DNA from: an uncultured bacterium
GTDB lineage: Bacteria > Fidelibacterota > Marinisomatia > Marinisomatales > J089
Direction of reading: 5' to 3'
NCBI GenBank assembly: GCA_964549745.1
Contig: CAZJWP010000003.1
Coordinates: 1-54,625, forward strand
DNA: 54,625 nucleotides
Positions within the stretch are counted from its first letter, which is position 1; each line of letters opens with the position of its first letter. Shown here one piece after another: positions 28,863-35,984 of this stretch. The translations under genes were made by a program, and so were the position numbers. The notes under the pieces were generated by a model. That model did no database searches. It saw nothing but the letters and a program-made list of their open reading frames with translations, and was not told the origin of the DNA.

Positions 28863-29849
28863 ATGAAACGCAAAATCCTCGGGCTGTTGCTAATAATGAC
28901 AATAGCCTATCCAAAGAAAATTATTATCAAACTCGCAACACTGGCACCGGAAGGAACCGAATGGTACGGGCAGTTGGTACGGATGGGACAACAGTGGAAA
29001 GAAGCGACAAACGGTAACGTCATTTTACGGATTTATCCCAACGGTGTGGTTGGTGATGAACGCGATATGATTCGCAAAATGCGAATTGGACAAATTCAGG
29101 CAGCCGGAATTACCACAGAAGGACTTTCCGAACTGGCGCCGGATGTGTATGCATTTATAATGCCTATGTATTTTCAATCCTACGAGGATGTTGACCGGGT
29201 TCGAAATGTGATATCTCCGGGTTTGGAAAAACAGATCGAGAATAACGGGTTCAAATTGCTTTACTGGGCCGATGTGGGTTGGGCGTACTGGTTTACTGAC
29301 AAAGAAATTCACACACCGGATGAACTGAAAGATTTGAAAATCTTTACCTGGGCCGGGGACTACAAATCCAGTGAATTATGGAAAAAAGCCGGATATCAAT
29401 CGGTCTCTTTGGCGACAACGGATGCTTTATCCGGATTCCAAACGGGTTTGATCGATGCGGTAGGGACTACTCCGTTATTTGCTCTATCCTCCCAGTGGTT
29501 TGGGATTGCCGATCATATGCTCTACATGAAGTGGGGTTTGGTGACTGCTGCCATGGTCGTCGATATTCGTACCTGGAATGAAATTCCCGAAAAGTATCGG
29601 AGCGCCATGATGAAGATAGCAAAAGATATTGGCGCAGAACATCAGCGGACGGGACGATATGAGGGAGAGAAGGCCATCGAAGCCATGAAAGAACACGGTT
29701 TGACGGTCATGACTCCGACGCAGGAAGAATATCAACAATGGAAGACTCTGGTTCATAGCTGGTATCCTCAATTGCGTGGATTGTTTATCTCGGATGAAAT
29801 GTACGATACGCTTATGAAGTTGGATGCAACCGATTCAAAGAATGAGTGA
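28863..29849 (+). CDS. TRAP transporter substrate-binding protein (DctP family)
   Basis: 328 aa. IKLATLAPEGTEWYGQLVRMGQQWKEATNGNVILRIYPNGVVGDERDMIRKMRIGQIQAAG is typical of the DctP N-terminal region. Confidence 0.85.
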   Translation: MKRKILGLLLIMTIAYPKKIIIKLATLAPEGTEWYGQLVRMGQQWKEATNGNVILRIYPNGVVGDERDMIRKMRIGQIQAAGITTEGLSELAPDVYAFIMPMYFQSYEDVDRVRNVISPGLEKQIENNGFKLLYWADVGWAYWFTDKEIHTPDELKDLKIFTWAGDYKSSELWKKAGYQSVSLATTDALSGFQTGLIDAVGTTPLFALSSQWFGIADHMLYMKWGLVTAAMVVDIRTWNEIPEKYRSAMMKIAKDIGAEHQRTGRYEGEKAIEAMKEHGLTVMTPTQEEYQQWKTLVHSWYPQLRGLFISDEMYDTLMKLDATDSKNE

Positions 29850-31671
29850 ACCGACTTCTTCTGGCAAACCCCGCACTTTTTCGATAGCAGATCAAATGAG
29901 GTTCGGGGAAGACATCCTGGCGTTATGTGCGTTTTTCCTGATCGCATTTATTCCTGCGATGGAAGTGCTCTCGCGCATCATGAAATTTCCGGGTATTCCG
30001 GCAGCACCGATATTAGTCCAGCATCTGACATTGTGGATTGGATTCATTGGCGCAATTTTGGCCACACGTCAGGATAAATTACTGGCACTTACGACCGAGC
30101 CACTGTTCAAACCGGATGAGAAACCAAATTTCGGACGGTGGTTTGCAAAAATGGTCTCATTTTTAGTGGTAATAGGACTTCTGTGGGGAAGCATTGATCT
30201 ATTACATTGGGAAATTCTATATCCTGTCAATATTGCTCCGAATCTTCCGCGTTGGGCCGCTCAATTAATCATGCCGCTGGGTTTTGCGATCATCGCGTTG
30301 CAAATCCTCCTTAAAAGCAGCGAAAATCCGGTATTTCGGTCCTCGTTCCTGATGATTGCTTTAGCGATAATACTCATGCTTGCCATGCATGCTTTACAAC
30401 CCAGTATCTGGATTGTTGTTTTTGCGGGAATTTCCATTCTACTCGCCTTGGTTGCCGGTGCTCCGATTTTTGTGGGATTAGGTGGGATTGCATTGGTGAT
30501 GTTTTGGTGGAACGGTACACCGGTGAGTTCCATCCCGGCAGAATCGTATCGAATTGTTGTGTCGCCGATTTTACCCACATTACCGCTTTTTACTTTAGCC
30601 GGATATATTCTGGCGGAGAGCAAAGCATCTCAACGATTATTCGAAGTATTTCGACTATTATTTGGTTGGATTCCCGGTGGAACACCGATTGTTGTTGTCG
30701 TTCTGAGTGGATTTTTTACGGCACTGACCGGTGGGTCCGGTGTGACAATTCTGGCTCTTGGTGGTCTCCTGTATCCCTTACTAAGAAAAGAAGGATATTC
30801 CGAATATTTTGCACTGGGTTTGATTACCGTTGCCGGATCGTTGGGATTGCTCTTTCCCCCAAGTTTACCGGCGATTATTTTTGGCGTAACAGCCGGTGTT
30901 TCGGTAAAGGACATCTTCATCGGTGGTGCAATACCAGGTGGGCTATTGGTGATTTCCATAGCAGCATGGGCAATATTCCAGGAAAAAAACAGGATTAAAT
31001 CCGGTGGTTATGAGGGTATGATCCCATTACTAAAAACCCTTTGGGCAGCCAAATGGGAATTGGCACTTCCGATTTTGATTCTGTGGGGTATTTTTGGCGG
31101 ATTCATGACTTTAGTGGATACCGCCGCGGTTACGGTGATTTATGTTTTGATTGTCGAACTTATTATTTACAAAGATATTTCATGGAATAATCTCCCGCGA
31201 ATTGTCGTGGAATGCGCAACACTTATTGGTGGTGTACTGATCATTTTAGGTGTTGCTATGGGTTTGACCAGTTTCCTGGTAGATGCACAGGTTCCAATGA
31301 AGTTATTGGCATTCGTGAAATCGACGGTCAGTTCGCCCTGGATATTTTTATTATTTCTAAACCTGTTGTTACTCATTGTCGGAGCCCTAATGGATATTTT
31401 TTCAGCAATTATTGTGATTGTTCCGTTGATAGTGCCTCTATCAACACATTTTGGGATAAATCCTGTACATTTGGCCGTCATTTTCCTGGCCAACCTGGAG
31501 CTTGGGTTTTTAACCCCACCGGTCGGGATGAACTTGTTTCTATCGGCATATCGTTTTGATAAAAGTATGCCGGTCATTTACAAAGCCACTCTGCCGTTCT
31601 TTTTAATCCGGTTTGCTATTGTGTTAGTTATCACATTTATCCCTGTTTTGAGTCTGATCTTTCTTCGGTAA
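29824..31671 (+). CDS. TRAP transporter fused small/large permease (DctQ-DctM fusion)
   Basis: 615 aa. About 4 N-terminal DctQ-like helices, then a DctM-like polytopic domain (GGSGVTILALGGLLYPLL, LELGFLTPPVGMNLF). Alternative start ATG at 29842. Confidence 0.85.
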   Translation: MQPIQRMSEPTSSGKPRTFSIADQMRFGEDILALCAFFLIAFIPAMEVLSRIMKFPGIPAAPILVQHLTLWIGFIGAILATRQDKLLALTTEPLFKPDEKPNFGRWFAKMVSFLVVIGLLWGSIDLLHWEILYPVNIAPNLPRWAAQLIMPLGFAIIALQILLKSSENPVFRSSFLMIALAIILMLAMHALQPSIWIVVFAGISILLALVAGAPIFVGLGGIALVMFWWNGTPVSSIPAESYRIVVSPILPTLPLFTLAGYILAESKASQRLFEVFRLLFGWIPGGTPIVVVVLSGFFTALTGGSGVTILALGGLLYPLLRKEGYSEYFALGLITVAGSLGLLFPPSLPAIIFGVTAGVSVKDIFIGGAIPGGLLVISIAAWAIFQEKNRIKSGGYEGMIPLLKTLWAAKWELALPILILWGIFGGFMTLVDTAAVTVIYVLIVELIIYKDISWNNLPRIVVECATLIGGVLIILGVAMGLTSFLVDAQVPMKLLAFVKSTVSSPWIFLLFLNLLLLIVGALMDIFSAIIVIVPLIVPLSTHFGINPVHLAVIFLANLELGFLTPPVGMNLFLSAYRFDKSMPVIYKATLPFFLIRFAIVLVITFIPVLSLIFLR

Positions 31672-31718
31672 ATTCAGGAACAAATAATGAAACAGTTTCA
31701 TTACTTGACTGCAACTAT

Positions 31719-31745
31719 GGCGAATAAATATATTCGCCGCCGTTT
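31719..31745 (+). terminator. Probable intrinsic terminator after the TRAP permease gene
   Basis: ggcgaata-aata-tattcgcc forms an 8-bp stem at 31719-31738. It is followed by gccgtttt, with the T-run at 31742-31745. Confidence 0.45.
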
Positions 31746-31822
31746 TCATAGGAGAAGCCTATCACACCTTGCTAACATGTTCCCTTGCGGGAAAACCACA
31801 ACTAAATCGGAGTAACGATCAG

Positions 31823-33121
31823 ATGAGATCTTTTTGGACAAAAGGTGTGATCCTTTTTTTGTTTGTATCCGGACTTTTTGCGCAAAGCGAAGCCGGTGAT
31901 ATTTTTCTATTAATTTCACCCGGCGCCCGTGCGGGCGGTATGGGTGAGAGCGGTGTTGCCATTGCAGATGATGCCTATGCAACCTACTGGAACCCAGCCG
32001 GATTGGGTTTTCAGAAAGGAACAGAATTAGGGATGATGCATGTGAACTGGCTGCCAAATCTGGCATCAGACCTCTATTATGATTTTTTTACTATGCGGAA
32101 TGAAGTCCCCAACCTGGGTACCATTGGAGGTCATCTCATTTTTTTAAGTCTTGGCCAGCAACAGCGCACGGATGAAATTGGGACAGATTTAGGTACGTTT
32201 TATAGTTATATGCTTGCCGTAACAGGATCTTACGGGACCTTATTATCAAGGAATTCCTCCATTGGATTGAATGTTAAAATTTCGCATCAACATTTGGCCG
32301 ATCAGGGTGCGGGCGCTGAAAAAGGTCATGGAACGTCCACGGTATTGGGATTTGATCTTGGGTATCTCCAAAAGAACTTTATTGGACAGTTTATGGATCT
32401 GGGTTTGACTATCACCAATATCGGTCCAAAAGTTTCGTTTATTGATCCGGCACAAGGTGACCCACAACCAACGAATTTGACTTTGGGAATGAACTTTAAA
32501 CTGCTCCAATCCAAGTACAATAAAATGAACTTTTCCTGGGATATCCAAAAATTATTGGTCTCCAAGTATCCGAATATGGATTGGGATGGAAACGGTGTGA
32601 TTGGTGGATATGATAAATATGGACATATCTCCGATTCCAATGCAGACTACAATAAAAATGGTCAAGAGGAGAAAGGCCATTCTGATCCTGTATATTTGGC
32701 CATTTTTACATCATGGGTCAATGATTGGTTGTTGGGCGGTGACGTTGATTTAGATAGTGACCGTATCATTGGCGGCTTTTATAAGGATGGAACAGCAACT
32801 CCGGATTCTATTCCATTTGGTGATTCGAATTATGGTGTCTATAACTCCGGAGGTGATGTTGAAGTTGGCACCGGGAAAGATCGAACAATTAACAACGAGT
32901 TGAATACACTGATCCACCATGTCGGTATTGAGTATTGGTATTCGGGTTATTTCGCTTTGCGTGCCGGTTATCTCTATGATTTTCAGGGGAAGATTTCAAA
33001 CCAAACCTATGGAATCGGTTTACGATTTGCCGGGTACGGTTTTGATTTTGGATATATTTCAGGTCCACCGGGACACCCATTGACAAATACAATGCGGTTT
33101 TCACTCGGCTGGCAATTCTAA
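31823..33121 (+). CDS. PorV/PorQ-family outer-membrane beta-barrel protein (T9SS-associated), with a Ca-binding-loop-like insert
   Basis: The ATG at 31823 gives a signal peptide (ILFLFVSGLFAQSE). FLLISPGARAGGMGESGVAIADDAYATYWNPAGLGF matches my recollection of the conserved PorV/PorQ N-terminal motif. The C-terminal strand MRFSLGWQF ends in Phe. Confidence 0.6.
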   Translation: MRSFWTKGVILFLFVSGLFAQSEAGDIFLLISPGARAGGMGESGVAIADDAYATYWNPAGLGFQKGTELGMMHVNWLPNLASDLYYDFFTMRNEVPNLGTIGGHLIFLSLGQQQRTDEIGTDLGTFYSYMLAVTGSYGTLLSRNSSIGLNVKISHQHLADQGAGAEKGHGTSTVLGFDLGYLQKNFIGQFMDLGLTITNIGPKVSFIDPAQGDPQPTNLTLGMNFKLLQSKYNKMNFSWDIQKLLVSKYPNMDWDGNGVIGGYDKYGHISDSNADYNKNGQEEKGHSDPVYLAIFTSWVNDWLLGGDVDLDSDRIIGGFYKDGTATPDSIPFGDSNYGVYNSGGDVEVGTGKDRTINNELNTLIHHVGIEYWYSGYFALRAGYLYDFQGKISNQTYGIGLRFAGYGFDFGYISGPPGHPLTNTMRFSLGWQF

Positions 33122-33146
33122 GCAGACCCGAAGGGGAATTATAAAG

Positions 33147-35984
33147 ATGTTACGTTTACGAACCTTAGCGTTCGTCTTGTGGTTATGTTCATCCATTATA
33201 TTCGCCACCAGCATTACGGGAAGCAGGATTGTTTATGGAATTCGGGTCCAATTTGAACAAGATTCCTCAATGTCGACCACAGGTGATGGCACTTTTCTAA
33301 TCCATTCCGATTTTGATACCTGTAGTAACTACACGTTAGATCCGCCACCTCACGGTCGTCATTACTTTTTAAGTCAGTTTCAGGCACTGGATCATTATTT
33401 CAGAAATGTTAGTTACAACCAATTCGGGTTGGATCTCGATCAGTCCCAAGTTTTTCCCCTTGCAAATGACTCTGCCTATTCGTTGCCAAACCCCATGGCT
33501 TATTATCATCCCTACAATCAATCGGATGTTCAAGATGACCGTTTGGTAGAATTGTTGCGAGATGCAGTTGTAGCTGCATACAACAAGGATCAAATCAATT
33601 TTTCAGATGCTGATATTATAGTCGTATTTCACGCCGGGATTGGGCAGGACTTTTCGTTGCCATATCTGGATCCTACACCTGAAGATATCCCATCGACTTT
33701 TGTCGATCCCGAAATGATCCAAAATACCCTTGGAACCAGTGGCATAACAGTTGGCAATTCGACGATTACGCAAGGAATCTTACTTCCGGAAACGCAAAAC
33801 CATTTATTGTATTCGGAATCCAATCCGCTATTGGACACGGATCAACCATGCGATTATCAGTTTGCATTAACCGGTACATTCGCATTAATGACCGGATTTG
33901 CAGTCGGACTTCCACCGCTTTGGGATATAGACACCGGAGAATCAGGCGCCGGTGTATTTACGCTGATGGATCAAGGTTCTAACAATGGACGAGGTCTGAT
34001 GCCTTCTCCACCGGATGCATGGACGAGACTCTATGCCGGTTGGGAATCACCAATTGATGGGCAAGCGCCGTTAGATGTTCAACTCCCTTCGCGAAGCCAG
34101 GGCAACCTGGTAAAGGTTCCGCTCACGTCCACAGAGTATTACCTGATTGAAGCACGGAATAATTTTTACCGTGGTCAGGTGAGCCTGGATTCAATCCGCT
34201 ACTTAATGTATGTGGAAAATGATATTTACCCTCCGTTGGTCAATATTATTTTGGATTCTATTCCACATACAACCGATCCCGAAACAGGCGTTGTGACCGG
34301 TTTCGATGACTACGATCTGGGCCAACCGGGAACCGGTTTGTTGATCTGGCATATCGATGAGAATCGAATCGCACAGGGAATCGACCATTTCGCCATAAAT
34401 GGCGATCGCGAAGCGCGCGGGGTTGATTTGGAAGAAGCGGACGGAGCGCAGGATATTGGTTATCCAAACATATTTATTTCAGCCGATCCAACATCCGGAT
34501 ATTTTGGTGATTTCTGGTTCAAAGGAAATCACGAATATGAACGATCCAATCGCGGAATGGGGGGACATTATCCACAATTTGGGCCAACGACTTTCCCGGA
34601 TACAAGATTGAATTCGGGTGTCGATTCTTATGTGGTGATCGACAGTATCGGACCGCCGGCTGATACCATGTCTTTTATCATTCGAAACGCACGGAAAATT
34701 TCACGACTCTCCAATTTGGGTGAATCGTTAAGGCTATTGTATGATTTCGACGGAGATGGAAGTGCAGAGGTTCTCGGAGGTGACGGGCGACTATGGTCAC
34801 TGGGGTCCGATGATCAAAAGAATGTTTTTATAGATCAGATATCCAATCCCTATCGATTGGTTTTGGTCGATTCAACAAAATTGGGTGTAGTTGAAGCGAA
34901 CCAGGATTCATTTAAAGTAATTGTATATTCTTATGATACTTCAAATAAATCGTTCTTTCCTGATTGGACTAAAAGTTTTCTGCGTAACGAAGGTCCATAT
35001 TATATTTACAGTAACCCCAATTCATCACATATTTTCGTTGAAACGCGTCATCAAATAATCAATGTCGATTCGGCGGGAGTGGATTCGGCGAATCTGGAAT
35101 GGTCCCATGGTGATTCTGTGCTAACGGTTTGGAATAATCCACCTGAGGGAATGGGTATCGCCGTAACACCAACGACATATAGAATAAAACCGGAAGGCGG
35201 TTTCCAGGTCGGCGAATCTCCCTATGAAATTGACTATTATCCGGAAAGACGCTTTAGTCATATCATTGGAACCCATTTGGATCGTAATGGCCTTGCACAG
35301 ATTGTATTGACAGGCGACGATGGAAAACTATATGTATTCAATATTTTAACGACTTTGCGACAGGGATATCCTGTACAGGCAGGTACGGTCCGGACGTTGC
35401 TCTCTGCAGATGTTCTTTCCGACTCAGGTATAGAGATTGTTACCCAGGATACTACCGGGTTGATAAAAGTTTGGACTTCCCTTGGGAAGTTGGCTCTTAC
35501 GATTGGTACTGATCCCGCTGATTCTCTGTTACAGTTAGCCAATTGGGACGGGAATTCGGTGGCGGTGTGCCAACACAGTGTTTGGAGTCTATCGGAAACA
35601 ATGGTCGGCAGTGACGATTGGACATTCCCGGATCATTATTTTTGGCATTCAAGAAGTGTGGATTATGACTATTACCAAGCTCCGGATACATTGATCGGGT
35701 TATGGGCTAAAAAAGGAACATATGTTTATCCCAACCCTGCGAAAGATGGGAAGGTTACATTTCGGTTTACCGTGAATCATGCGGATAAAGTGGAAATCGT
35801 TGTTTATTCAATCGCCGGATATTTTGTCAAACGTTGGGTGTCCGATCATCCTGCTCCATTTCTGCCAAATGAGATTGAGTGGAATGTATCCAATGTTGAA
35901 CCCGGTGTTTATTTTGCCCGGCTTACGGCGGAGTACGGGTCGAAAAAAGAATCCAAAGTGCTCAAACTAGGTATATTAAATTGA
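33147..35984 (+). CDS. Secreted M6 (InhA)-like domain protein lacking HEXXH, with FG-GAP/VCBS-like segments and a T9SS C-terminal sorting domain
   Basis: 945 aa with a signal peptide. GTFALMTGFAVGLPPLWD ... VFTLMDQGSNNGRGLMPSPPDAWTRLYAGW aligns by eye with the M6 core (HEFGHDLGLPDEYD ... SLMSSGSW ... AW..LGW). LLIWHIDE and DLEEADG follow. The C-terminus has the CTD pattern (see the next feature). Confidence 0.6.
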   Translation: MLRLRTLAFVLWLCSSIIFATSITGSRIVYGIRVQFEQDSSMSTTGDGTFLIHSDFDTCSNYTLDPPPHGRHYFLSQFQALDHYFRNVSYNQFGLDLDQSQVFPLANDSAYSLPNPMAYYHPYNQSDVQDDRLVELLRDAVVAAYNKDQINFSDADIIVVFHAGIGQDFSLPYLDPTPEDIPSTFVDPEMIQNTLGTSGITVGNSTITQGILLPETQNHLLYSESNPLLDTDQPCDYQFALTGTFALMTGFAVGLPPLWDIDTGESGAGVFTLMDQGSNNGRGLMPSPPDAWTRLYAGWESPIDGQAPLDVQLPSRSQGNLVKVPLTSTEYYLIEARNNFYRGQVSLDSIRYLMYVENDIYPPLVNIILDSIPHTTDPETGVVTGFDDYDLGQPGTGLLIWHIDENRIAQGIDHFAINGDREARGVDLEEADGAQDIGYPNIFISADPTSGYFGDFWFKGNHEYERSNRGMGGHYPQFGPTTFPDTRLNSGVDSYVVIDSIGPPADTMSFIIRNARKISRLSNLGESLRLLYDFDGDGSAEVLGGDGRLWSLGSDDQKNVFIDQISNPYRLVLVDSTKLGVVEANQDSFKVIVYSYDTSNKSFFPDWTKSFLRNEGPYYIYSNPNSSHIFVETRHQIINVDSAGVDSANLEWSHGDSVLTVWNNPPEGMGIAVTPTTYRIKPEGGFQVGESPYEIDYYPERRFSHIIGTHLDRNGLAQIVLTGDDGKLYVFNILTTLRQGYPVQAGTVRTLLSADVLSDSGIEIVTQDTTGLIKVWTSLGKLALTIGTDPADSLLQLANWDGNSVAVCQHSVWSLSETMVGSDDWTFPDHYFWHSRSVDYDYYQAPDTLIGLWAKKGTYVYPNPAKDGKVTFRFTVNHADKVEIVVYSIAGYFVKRWVSDHPAPFLPNEIEWNVSNVEPGVYFARLTAEYGSKKESKVLKLGILN
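35713..35981 (+). other. Type IX secretion C-terminal sorting domain (CTD) of the 945-aa protein
   Basis: YVYPNPAKDGKVTFRFTV...VEIVVYSIAGYFVKRW...GVYFARLTAEYGSKKESKVLKLGILN fits the Por-secretion-tail pattern: PNP near the start, an Ig-like strand pattern, GVYF, and K-x-hydrophobic residues at the end. Confidence 0.65.

Noticed and set aside
30504-30998. 164-aa + strand ORF in an alternative frame inside the DctM-like permease gene
   Set aside because: The annotated frame gives a continuous, hydrophobic TRAP permease. The alternative frame is Cys/Arg/Trp-rich with no domain logic.
31685-31701. Near-perfect palindrome aatgaaac-a-gtttcatt just after the TRAP permease stop
   Set aside because: It is short and AT-rich, occurs once, and sits next to a better terminator hairpin. 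There is not enough evidence to call it an operator.
33147-35984. Idea that the large CTD protein next to the PorV-like gene is the T9SS sortase PorU (C25 peptidase)
   Set aside because: I could not find a gingipain-like His/Cys dyad context. The core instead aligns by eye with the M6 metallopeptidase region. PorU remains possible only if profile searches say so.
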